DNA from: an uncultured Acidobacteriota bacterium
Lineage (GTDB): Bacteria; Acidobacteriota; Thermoanaerobaculia; Multivoradales; UBA5704
Direction of reading: 5' to 3'
DNA length: 64,000 nt
Assembly: GCA_963755825.1 (NCBI GenBank)
Contig: CAVWLA010000003.1
Span: 1,088,940-1,152,939 of the forward strand
Part shown: positions 56,514 to 64,000 of the stretch, piece by piece
How positions within the stretch are numbered: position 1 is the stretch's first letter
How the letters are laid out: each line of letters opens with the position of its first letter
Notes under the pieces: generated by a model
What the model was told of the DNA's origin: nothing
What the model saw: only the letters and a program-made list of their open reading frames with translations
Database searches by the model: none
Translations under genes and position numbers: made by a program

Positions 56514-57412
56514 TGCGCATCGCCTTCATCGGCTGCGTCGACTTCAGCCACGCCGCGCTCTCCCGCCTCCTCGAGCTGCCCGCCGCCGAGGTGGTGGGGA
56601 TCGCCACCCGCGAGCGCTCGCCGTTCAACGCCGACTTCCGCTCGCTGGCGCCGATCGCCGCGGCGGCGGGCGTCCCCTGCCTGCTGGTGCGCGGCAACGA
56701 CCAGGCTCCGCTGGCGCGCTGGCTGCGCGAGATCCGCGCCGAGGTCGTCTACTGCTTCGGCTGGTCGTACCTCCTCCACCCCGAGGTGCTCGCCGTGCCG
56801 CCGCTCGGCGGCGTCGGCTGGCACCCGGCGGCGCTGCCGCGCAACCGCGGCCGCCATCCGGTCATCTGGGCCCTCGCCCTCGGCCTCCAGGAGACGGCAT
56901 CGACCTTCTTCTTCCTCGACGCGGGGGCCGACTCGGGCGACATCCTGAGCCAGGTGCGGGTGCCGATCCGCGAGGAGGACGACGCCGCGAGCCTGCTCGC
57001 CCGGCTGACCGCGATCGCCCTCGGCCAGATCGAGAGCTTCACGCCGCAGCTCGCCGCCGGCAGCTTCCCACGCGCGCCGCAGGATGCCGCCGGCGCCACC
57101 TCCTGGCGCAGGCGCGGCGCCGCCGACGGCGCCATCGATTGGCGGATGTCGGCGCGCTCGATCCACAACCTGGTGCGCGCCCTCACCCGGCCCTACGTCG
57201 GGGCGCACTGCCTGCTGGCCGGACACCCGGCCAAGGTCTGGAGGACCGCCATCGTGGAATCCCTGCAGGGCAACCCCGTGCCGATCGACGCCGAGCCCGG
57301 CAAGGTCCTCGCCATCCTCGACGGCCGGCCGGTCGTCCGCTGCGGCGAGGGCGCCATCGCCATCGTCGACCACGAGCTCGCGGCGCTGCCCGAGCCGGGG
57401 AGCTACCTGTGA
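56513..57412 (+). CDS. Formyltransferase-family protein (sugar N-formyltransferase / ArnA-N-like)
   Basis: Fmt/PurN-fold motifs: GVGWHPAALPRNRGRHP (the HxSLLPxxRG equivalent) and a conserved Asp downstream. 1-nt overlap with the upstream stop. Confidence 0.8.
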   Translation: MRIAFIGCVDFSHAALSRLLELPAAEVVGIATRERSPFNADFRSLAPIAAAAGVPCLLVRGNDQAPLARWLREIRAEVVYCFGWSYLLHPEVLAVPPLGGVGWHPAALPRNRGRHPVIWALALGLQETASTFFFLDAGADSGDILSQVRVPIREEDDAASLLARLTAIALGQIESFTPQLAAGSFPRAPQDAAGATSWRRRGAADGAIDWRMSARSIHNLVRALTRPYVGAHCLLAGHPAKVWRTAIVESLQGNPVPIDAEPGKVLAILDGRPVVRCGEGAIAIVDHELAALPEPGSYL

Positions 57413-58074
57413 CCGCGGTGCTGGTTGTCGCCCCGCACGCCGACGACGAGACGCTCGGCTGCGGCGGCACGCTGTTGCGCCACGTCGCCCAAGGCGACGC
57501 CGTCCACTGGCTGGTGCTGACCGCGCCGGCGCCGGTGCTGGAACCTGAAGCCGCCGCGGGCCGCGCCGCCGTGGACCTCGACGCGGTGGCCGCCGCCTAC
57601 GGCTTCGCCGAGGTCGCCTGCCTGCACCTGCCGGACGCCGGGCTCGACACCGTGCCGCGCGCCGAGCTGGTCGCGAGGGTGGGCGAGATGGTGCGGCGGA
57701 TCGAGCCGGAGGTCGTCTACCTCCCCTACCGCAGCGACGCCCACAGCGACCACCGCTTCGCCTTCGACGCCGTGGCCGCCTGTGGCAAGTGGTTCCGCTA
57801 CCGCTCCGTCCGCCGGCTGCTGGTCTACGAGACGCCCTCCGAGACCGATTTCGGGCTCGACCCCGACCGCCTGGGGTTCCGCCCCAACGTCTTCGTCGAC
57901 ATCACCCCCCACCTCGAGCGCAAGCTCGCGATCCTCCGCTTCTACTCGAGCGAGATGGGGATTCATCCGTTCCCGCGCAGCGAGGCCGCCATCCGCGCCC
58001 TCGCCGTGCTGCGCGGCGCCGCCGCCGGCTGCGACGCCGCGGAGTCCTTCCTGCTCCTCAAGGAGATCCGCTGA
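57409..58074 (+). CDS. PIG-L / LmbE-family N-deacetylase
   Basis: VVAPHADDETLGCGGTL Zn-binding signature and the downstream His motif DAHSDHR. GTG start with GTGA overlap. Confidence 0.8.
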   Translation: MTAVLVVAPHADDETLGCGGTLLRHVAQGDAVHWLVLTAPAPVLEPEAAAGRAAVDLDAVAAAYGFAEVACLHLPDAGLDTVPRAELVARVGEMVRRIEPEVVYLPYRSDAHSDHRFAFDAVAACGKWFRYRSVRRLLVYETPSETDFGLDPDRLGFRPNVFVDITPHLERKLAILRFYSSEMGIHPFPRSEAAIRALAVLRGAAAGCDAAESFLLLKEIR

Positions 58075-58132
58075 GGCGGCCGCGGTCTCTCGGCGGCCGG
58101 GGCGGCCGCGCGGCCGCCCCGGCGTCAGGACG

Positions 58133-58633
58133 TCAGTGTGCCGCCGGGGTGGCGGGATAGCTGACCAGGTAGAACTGGTTGCCGTAGAGATCCTTGAACA
58201 TCGCCTGGGTGCCGTAGAACTGCTTGCCGGGCATCTGAGTGAAGACGACGCCGCGCGCCTTGAGAGTCTGGTACGACCGCTCGCAGTCGTCGGTCGCGAA
58301 GACCCAGGCGGTGCTCTTGCCGACCATCCCCTCCTGGCCCTTCTCCGCCTTCTCGAGGACGATCTCGGGATCGCCCTTCCCCGGCGGCACCAGGGTCAGC
58401 CAGCGGAAGCCGCCGGAGGAGATGTCCACCTTCTTCTCGAGGCCGAGCTTCTCGGTGTACCACTTGAGCGCCTCGTCCTGATCCTTGACCAGGATCACGA
58501 CGGAGGAGATCCCGGTGATGGCGGGAGCCGCCGTGTCGGCGCCGACCGGCGCCGACAGCATCGGGAGCAGCGGGAGCAGCATGGCGCCGACGAGGAGCAG
58601 GCTCAGCGGGAAGCGCGAGGACGTGCGTCGCAT
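58133..58633 (-). CDS. Secreted VOC-family (glyoxalase/bleomycin-resistance fold) protein; lower GC
   Basis: Signal peptide. Paired beta-alpha-beta-beta-beta modules (ISSVVILVKDQDEALKWYTEKLGL ... STAWVFATDDCERSYQTLKARGV). Confidence 0.65.
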   Translation of the reverse strand: MRRTSSRFPLSLLLVGAMLLPLLPMLSAPVGADTAAPAITGISSVVILVKDQDEALKWYTEKLGLEKKVDISSGGFRWLTLVPPGKGDPEIVLEKAEKGQEGMVGKSTAWVFATDDCERSYQTLKARGVVFTQMPGKQFYGTQAMFKDLYGNQFYLVSYPATPAAH

Positions 58634-58789
58634 GGAGTTCTCCTAAAAGTCGAGAAGGCCGTCAAAGGAATCAACGGGACGATTCCGGGTACAAGTACAG
58701 GAGCGCGTGGGGACCTGTCAAGGGATGTCGAGCCAGGCCAGGATACGGCACAATGAAGTGGGTCAGCGGATACAGAAAGCTCACTCCAG

Positions 58790-60658
58790 GTGAGCGGGAG
58801 ACGACCGATGGTGAAGGGATCGCGCAGGGGTTGGATCATGCTGTCGCTGCTGCTCTTGGCGCTCGGCCGGCCGCCGGCGCCGGCCGCGGCCGATGAGAGA
58901 TCGGCGGAGGGATCGGAGGCCGCCGCGGCCAAGCCGGCCGCGATCGACCTCGTCTGGGGCTTGAAGATCCCGCTGCGCGACGGCGTCGTCCTCAACGGCA
59001 CGGTGTACAAGCCGGCGGGGCAGACCGAGCCGCTCCCCGTCGTCTTCACCCTCACCCCCTACATCGCCGACAACTACCACGAGCGCGGCCTCTACTTCGC
59101 CCGCCACGGCTACGTTTTCGTGCTCGTCGACGCGCGCGGCCGCGGCAGCTCGGGCGGGCGCTTCAACCCCTTCGCCCAGGAGTCCCAGGACGGCTACGAC
59201 GTCGTCGAGTTCCTCGCCCGCCAGCCGTGGGCGAACGGCAAGGTCGCCATGTGGGGCGGCTCGTACGCGGGCTACGACCAGTGGGCGACGCTCAAGGCGG
59301 CACCGCCCCACCTCGCGACCATCGTGCCGACCGCGTCGGTGCACCCCGGGCTCGACTTCCCCGACTTCGGCGGCATCCCGGTGAGCTACACCATCCAGTG
59401 GCTCACCTTCACCTCCGGCGCGACCGACAACCGCAACCTCTTCGGCGAGTCCTCCTTCTGGACGCAGAAGTTTCTCGACCTCTACCGCCGCCAGGCCCGC
59501 TTCGACGGGCTCGACCGCCTGGTCGGCAATCCCAGCCCGATCTTCCAGGAGTGGCTCGCCCACCCCGCCTACGACGCCTACTGGCAGGCGATGGCGCCGA
59601 CCGTGGAGGAGTACCGGCGGGTGACGGCGCCCATCCTCACCATCACCGGCCACTACGATGCCGACCAGGCCGGGGCGCTCTCCTTCTACCGCGAGCACAT
59701 GCGCTACGGCGACCCCGCCGTGCGCGACCGGCACTTCCTCGTCATCGGGCCGTGGGATCACGCCGGCACCCGCACGCCGACCAAGTCGGTGGGCGGCGTC
59801 GAGTTCGGCGCCGCGAGCGTCATCGACATGAACCGGCTGCACCGCGAGTGGTACGACTGGACGCTCAAGGGCGGCGCACGGCCGGAGCTGCTGAAGAAGC
59901 GCGTCGCCTACTACGTCACCGGCGCCGGGGCGGAGAGGTGGAAGTACGCCGACGACCTCGCCGCGGTGGCCGCCGAGCGCCGCCTCCTCTACCTATCCGC
60001 TCCGCCGGGAGCGGCGACGCCGGCGAGCGCCGCCGCCGCGAGCCAGGGGAGCGACGTCTTCCGCTCGGGGGCGCTCGCCGCGGAGCGCCGGCCGTCGCCG
60101 CCGGAGCGCTGGGTCTACGATCCGCGCGACGTCCGCCCCGGCGAGCTCGACGAGCGGGACAATCCCGACTTCCTGACCGACCAGACGGCGGCGCTCCACC
60201 TCTACGGCGCCGGCGTCGTCTACCACTCGGAGCCCTTCGCCGAGGCGACCGAGATCGCCGGCGGCGTCAAGCTCTCCGCCTGGCTGGCGCTCGACGTGCC
60301 GGACACCGACCTCGCGGCGAGCCTCTACGAGATCCTCCCCGACGGCTCGAGCGTGCAGCTCGCGGCCGACCAGCTCCGCGCCCGCTTCCGCGCCTCACGC
60401 GAGCGCGAGACGCCGGTCCGTGCGGGGGCGATCGAGCGCTACGACTTCGACCATTTCACCTGGTTCGCCCGCCGCATCGCCAAGGGCAGCCGCCTGCGCC
60501 TGGTCCTGCAGTCGCTCAACACCAGCCAGGTCGAGAAGAACTACGGCAGCGGCAAGGCGGTGGCGAGCGAGTCCGGCGCCGACGCCCACCCCGCCCACAT
60601 CACCCTCTACCACGACGCCGAGCATCCGAGCGCCCTGGAGCTGCCGATCGGGCGGTGA
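58790..60658 (+). CDS. CocE/NonD-family alpha/beta hydrolase (S15 X-Pro dipeptidyl-peptidase-like), secreted
   Basis: Signal peptide, nucleophile elbow MWGGSYAGY (GxSxG), and a C-terminal galactose-binding-like domain. 622 aa. Confidence 0.8.
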   Translation: MSGRRPMVKGSRRGWIMLSLLLLALGRPPAPAAADERSAEGSEAAAAKPAAIDLVWGLKIPLRDGVVLNGTVYKPAGQTEPLPVVFTLTPYIADNYHERGLYFARHGYVFVLVDARGRGSSGGRFNPFAQESQDGYDVVEFLARQPWANGKVAMWGGSYAGYDQWATLKAAPPHLATIVPTASVHPGLDFPDFGGIPVSYTIQWLTFTSGATDNRNLFGESSFWTQKFLDLYRRQARFDGLDRLVGNPSPIFQEWLAHPAYDAYWQAMAPTVEEYRRVTAPILTITGHYDADQAGALSFYREHMRYGDPAVRDRHFLVIGPWDHAGTRTPTKSVGGVEFGAASVIDMNRLHREWYDWTLKGGARPELLKKRVAYYVTGAGAERWKYADDLAAVAAERRLLYLSAPPGAATPASAAAASQGSDVFRSGALAAERRPSPPERWVYDPRDVRPGELDERDNPDFLTDQTAALHLYGAGVVYHSEPFAEATEIAGGVKLSAWLALDVPDTDLAASLYEILPDGSSVQLAADQLRARFRASRERETPVRAGAIERYDFDHFTWFARRIAKGSRLRLVLQSLNTSQVEKNYGSGKAVASESGADAHPAHITLYHDAEHPSALELPIGR

Positions 60659-60686
60659 GGTCTCCCGGCGGCCGTTCTCCAGGCGG

Positions 60687-61418
60687 CTAGCGAGAATCCG
60701 GCACCGCGGCCTGCTGCGGGTAGTGGATCGGCTCCTCGGGGTCGCGGTGCCAGTCGTACTCGGCGCCGATGGCTGCCGTTTCGGCGATGGCGCGGCCGGC
60801 GAGGCGCTTGACGAGATAGAACGCCATGTCGGTGCCGGCGGAGACGCCGGCGGAGGTGACATAGCGGCCGGCGTCGACCCAGCGCGCGACGTTGTCCCAC
60901 TGAACCCGCGGACCGAAGCTGGTGACCCACGCGAAGGCCTCGTGATTCGTCGCCGCCGGCCTGCCGTCGAGGAGCCCGGCGGCCGCGAGGACGGCGGCGC
61001 CGGTGCAGACGGAGGTCATCACCGCCACCCGCTCGTCCATCGCCCGCACCCACTCGAGAAGCGCCTTTCGCCCCTGCGCGGGCTCGTCGGCGAGGAGCGC
61101 GCGGGTGCCGATCCCCCCCGGGATCATCAACAGGTCGATCGTCTGCTCGAGCGCCTCGTCGCGCCAACAGTCCGGCGCCACCCGCGGACCGTTGGCGCTC
61201 TCGACCGGCGCCGGCGTCGATTCCCCCGCCTCCGCCCTCCGTTGGTTGGAGATGAGCGCCACCTCGAACGGGTACGGCGGAGCGCTCGCGTAGCTCGTGC
61301 CGATGAAGCGAGAGATGCTGAACGCCTCGACGAACCCCCATACGTCGAGCGGCTCGAAGCCGTCGAAGACGAGGATGCCGATGCGCAGCGTGCGGGGGAA
61401 ACGATCCGTGTCACTCAT
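60687..61418 (-). CDS. DJ-1/PfpI-family protein (class I glutamine-amidotransferase-like fold)
   Basis: Nucleophile elbow MTSVCTGAAVLA and IPGGIG motif. 243 aa. Confidence 0.8.
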   Translation of the reverse strand: MSDTDRFPRTLRIGILVFDGFEPLDVWGFVEAFSISRFIGTSYASAPPYPFEVALISNQRRAEAGESTPAPVESANGPRVAPDCWRDEALEQTIDLLMIPGGIGTRALLADEPAQGRKALLEWVRAMDERVAVMTSVCTGAAVLAAAGLLDGRPAATNHEAFAWVTSFGPRVQWDNVARWVDAGRYVTSAGVSAGTDMAFYLVKRLAGRAIAETAAIGAEYDWHRDPEEPIHYPQQAAVPDSR

Positions 61419-61487
61419 GGGCTACCTCCGGGTTGTCGGGTACGGCGGGTACGGCGGGCGCCGCTTGGCGTATCGATGCTCGTTCGA

Positions 61488-61604
61488 GCTGTCATCCTGA
61501 GCGAAGCGAAGGATCCGGGGGGAGGGAATGCTCCAAATAGCTGGCCTTATTGCGTTTAGATCCTTCCCCCCGCCCGGATCCTTCGCTGCGCTCAGGATGA
61601 CAGC
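61488..61604. repeat. 117-bp near-perfect palindromic (MITE-like) element: two ~40-bp arms around a ~35-bp loop
   Basis: Left arm GCTGTCATCCTGAGCGAAGCGAAGGATCCGGGGGGAGGGAA. Right arm TTCCCCCCGCCCGGATCCTTCGCTGCGCTCAGGATGACAGC. A truncated relative is at 47141-47193. Confidence 0.65.
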
Positions 61605-61658
61605 CTGGAACACTTCGCGAGAGAGCACCGCCACCGCCGATCCAGCCGTACAGCCCGC

Positions 61659-61910
61659 CTAAACTCCTCGCCGCATGCCGCGGCAGCCAGTTTAGGGCGC
61701 GGAAACTCCTCGCCGCGCGACGCGGCAGCCAGTTTCCATCACCTAAACTCCCCGCCGCGCGGCGCGGCAGCCAGTTTCCGTCGCCTAAACTCCTCGCCGC
61801 GTGCCGCGGCAGCCAGTTTTCATCACCGAAACTACCCGCCGCGCGACGCGGCAGAGAGTTTCCGTCGCCGAAACTCCTCGCCGCGCACCCGGGCGGCCAG
61901 TTTCCATCGC
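61659..61910. repeat. Tandem array of six ~42-bp units, each carrying a GCCGCG-N3-CGCGGC palindrome flanked by AAACT...AGTTT
   Basis: Units start at about 61659, 61703, 61743, 61785, 61827 and 61869. Consensus CTAAACTCCTCGCCGCGNGNCGCGGCAGCCAGTTTCCRTCRC. The units are contiguous with no unique spacers. Confidence 0.7.
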
Positions 61911-62036
61911 CGCCCCAGCTCCGCAGATTGCCCGCTCAGGCCGACAAGTCGCCGCGCCTCTCGGCCTTTCACCCGGCGCGCTCGCCCGGCGGCACGGCGT
62001 CGCCGCCGGGCGATGGTGAAGGCCCCCGCGCGCGGC

Positions 62037-63092
62037 CTAGAGACCGAGCTCGGCGGCGGCGAGGGCGGTGCCCTCGACGCGGGCGCGGATCTTCGCGAAG
62101 GCGACGTCCCGCGAGGTCGAGGTGTCGTCCGCGAAGGGGGAGAAGCCGCAGTCATCGGTCGTGCCGAGGCGGTCGAGCGGGATGAACTCCGCCGCCTCGA
62201 GGACGCGGTCGCGCACCTCCTCCGCCGTCTCGACGCGCGGCGAGAGGGGATCGATCACCCCCACGAACACCCGCTGGCCCGGCCGCGCGCAGTCGCGGAT
62301 CACCCCCAGGGACCGGCGGCGGTCCGCCTCGCTCGCCAGCTGGATGTAGAAGTTGCCCGCCTCGAGGCTGAAGAGCGCCGGGAGGAGCTCGGCGTAGTCA
62401 ACGTCGGCGCTGTGGGTCGAGTCGTGGTCGCCGCCGGGGCAGGTGTGGACGCCCAGCCGCCCGCGCTCCTCCGCCGAGAAGCGGGCGAGCACCTGGTTGT
62501 TGAGGTCGACCATGCTGCGGAGCAGCCCGCCGCTGGGGTCGAGCTTGTAGGTGAGCCGCCCCTCGGTGAAGTCGATCTGCACCGCGTGGGCGCCGCGGTC
62601 GAGGCAGGAGCGGATGTCCGCCGCCGCCTCGTCGATCAGGTCGGCGATGAACTCCTCGCGCGGGTAGCCGTCGATCCCGTCCTGCGGATAGAGGAGCGAG
62701 AGGGCCGAGGCCGAGATGACCGCCTGCTTGAGCGGCCGGTCGGTCAGCCGCCGCGCCGCGTCGAGGTACGAGCCGGCGCGCGTCACGTAGCGGAACGGCC
62801 CCGCCGTCAGGCGCGGCAGCTGGCGGGTGTGGCCGTCGGCGAAGGGGATCACGGCGCCGTCGGGCGCCAGGTTCGCGGCGCCATGGACGGGATAGGTCGC
62901 GAAGCTCGGCTTGGTCTGCTCGCCGTCGCTCAAAACCGGTGAGCCGGTCGCCGCAAAGCGCTCGAGGGTGTCGCGGAGCGCCGCCTCATAGAGCGCGGCG
63001 AGCGCCTCCGGGGCGAGCGTCGAGTCGCCCATCGCGGCGATCAGGCTCGCCGGCCGCGGGATGCTGCCGACGGGTTCGGTGGGAATGGGCAT
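62037..63092 (-). CDS. Cobalamin-independent methionine-synthase (MetE) C-terminal-domain-like / UroD-fold protein
   Basis: Trimmed to MPIPTEPVGSIPRP with RBS GAGGAG. Zn-binding-type residues in HTCPGGDHDS and DDCGFSPF resemble the MetE C-terminal His/Cys/Glu/Cys site. 351 aa. Confidence 0.65.
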   Translation of the reverse strand: MPIPTEPVGSIPRPASLIAAMGDSTLAPEALAALYEAALRDTLERFAATGSPVLSDGEQTKPSFATYPVHGAANLAPDGAVIPFADGHTRQLPRLTAGPFRYVTRAGSYLDAARRLTDRPLKQAVISASALSLLYPQDGIDGYPREEFIADLIDEAAADIRSCLDRGAHAVQIDFTEGRLTYKLDPSGGLLRSMVDLNNQVLARFSAEERGRLGVHTCPGGDHDSTHSADVDYAELLPALFSLEAGNFYIQLASEADRRRSLGVIRDCARPGQRVFVGVIDPLSPRVETAEEVRDRVLEAAEFIPLDRLGTTDDCGFSPFADDTSTSRDVAFAKIRARVEGTALAAAELGL

Positions 63093-63240
63093 GGGGATCT
63101 GCTCCTCGGTCGCTGGGTTCGCCAGAATCTTATCCCCGACGCAGCCGATCCGGGAGCGACTCCGGGCGCTCTTGGCCCCGGAATTGCTCTCACAGGTCGT
63201 GTTGGTCGACACGGACCCCTTGAGAGTGAGAGGAGGCGCG

Positions 63241-63639
63241 ATGAGCCATGCGGCGAAGGGAGCGTTCGAGGTCAAGGGTTGGGACGAGAAGCCCTACGAG
63301 GAGATCGAAGGCGGGGCCAAGCTCACCCGCGCCGCGGTGACCCAGACCTTCCACGGCGACATCGACGGCGAGGGGAAGGTCGAGTATCTGATGGCGCACC
63401 GCGCCGACAAGACGGCCGACTTCGTCGGCCTGCTGCGTGTCGTCGGCAGCCTCGGCGGCCGCGCCGGGAGCTTCGTCCTGCAGATCACCGGCACCTTCGA
63501 CGGCAAGACGGCCAAGGGCTCCTGGTGGGCGGTGAACGGCGCGGGGACCGGAGACCTTCAGGGCCTCCGTGGGAAGGGCGATTTCGCCGCGCCGCACGGG
63601 CCGAACGGCACCTATACGCTCGACTACGAGGTCGGCTGA
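63241..63639 (+). CDS. Small hypothetical protein (DUF3224-like beta-barrel)
   Basis: 132 aa, RBS GAGAGGAGG upstream of the ATG, no signal peptide. The family guess is by recollection only. Confidence 0.45.
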   Translation: MSHAAKGAFEVKGWDEKPYEEIEGGAKLTRAAVTQTFHGDIDGEGKVEYLMAHRADKTADFVGLLRVVGSLGGRAGSFVLQITGTFDGKTAKGSWWAVNGAGTGDLQGLRGKGDFAAPHGPNGTYTLDYEVG

Positions 63640-63675
63640 ACGCGGGCGACGCGCCGCGGCCCGACGGTCGTTCGG

Positions 63676-63957
63676 TCAGTTGGACCGGCGGCGTGACGGC
63701 GACGGGAGCGGCGCGGGCTCCCAGGTGACGTCGAACTCGCCGTCCTTCCCGAAGAGATTGCGGCCGTGGATCTCGAGGACGCCGTCGGCGCGCAGCTCGC
63801 CCTCGTGGCTGCCCCAGACTCGCAGCCAGCTGGCGTCTCCCCAGTCCTCCTTGAGCACGCCGGCGGTGTATTTGTAGACGCCGAGATAGTGCCCCTCGTG
63901 GAGCAGGCCGACGCCCTGCCAGTACGGGGTCTCGACCAGCAGGACGCCGTCTTTCAA
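63676..63957 (-). CDS. Hypothetical protein, 3' part; probably the C-terminus of a longer minus-strand gene starting beyond the window end
   Basis: ORF with coding-like composition ending at 63676. There are only 43 nt to the window edge upstream, so the true start is unresolved. Confidence 0.3.
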   Translation of the reverse strand: MKDGVLLVETPYWQGVGLLHEGHYLGVYKYTAGVLKEDWGDASWLRVWGSHEGELRADGVLEIHGRNLFGKDGEFDVTWEPAPLPSPSRRRSN

Positions 63958-64000
63958 TCGGGTAACGAGCAGGCGGAGGACGGCGACGCCGTTGATCCGG

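Noticed and set aside
61659-61910. Possible CRISPR array
   Set aside because: The units are directly contiguous 42-mers differing only in 6-8 variable bases. There are no unique spacers of spacer length and no cas genes anywhere in the window.

Overview
This 64-kb window is about 70% GC and densely coding. It contains no rRNA or tRNA genes, no transposases or integrases, and no recognisable transcription factors. The content looks like an accessory lipid / cell-envelope region of a soil bacterium. One ABC permease carries the N-terminal signature of the ADOP family (MHDVRYALRRL..SPG....LSLTLAIGANSA.YS), which points to an Acidobacteria-like host; this is inference only.

Main blocks, in order:
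(i) A minus-strand operon of three genes otherwise known from enediyne clusters (DUF1702/UnbL-like, FG-GAP/ASPIC UnbV-like, and a membrane protein that runs off the window start).
(ii) A plus-strand type-II FAS/PKS-like operon: ACP, KS, CLF-like KS lacking the active-site Cys, FabZ-like DH, FabG-like KR, second KS, SAM-methyltransferase. It converges on a minus-strand export operon: LolA-like, MMPL/RND exporter, and two tandem di-heme DUF1111-like cytochromes. Together these resemble an aryl-polyene / xanthomonadin-type lipid gene cluster.
(iii) A long plus-strand operon with four secreted PQQ-like beta-propeller (BamB-like) proteins, an Fe-alcohol dehydrogenase, a frameshifted HemN-like radical-SAM gene, a TonB-dependent receptor, a flavin-dependent halogenase (WFWYIP motif), a GT4 glycosyltransferase, and a LolD-like ABC ATPase with a 1151-aa double-FtsX permease.
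(iv) A minus-strand envelope operon of three GT-C (ArnT/PMT-like) membrane glycosyltransferases, a sulfatase-fold enzyme with a Thr nucleophile, and the ADOP permease.
(v) Three more beta-propeller paralogs (seven in total) and a GT2 polyprenyl-phosphate sugar transferase.
(vi) A five-gene nucleotide amino-sugar operon: dehydratase, DegT aminotransferase, NeuC-like 2-epimerase, N-formyltransferase, LmbE deacetylase.
(vii) A structured non-coding region with a 117-bp palindromic MITE-like element (a shorter copy sits at 47.1 kb) followed by a tandem array of six 42-bp hairpin units.

The most promising candidate for a new system is the dispersed, halogenase-containing aryl-polyene-like lipid cluster, with its unusual di-heme and Unb-trio neighbours and the repeat-rich non-coding structures. 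The six-frame track has many long antisense ORFs that are GC artefacts; these were rejected. All coordinates come from the provided ORF track plus my reading of the sequence. No database searches were run.
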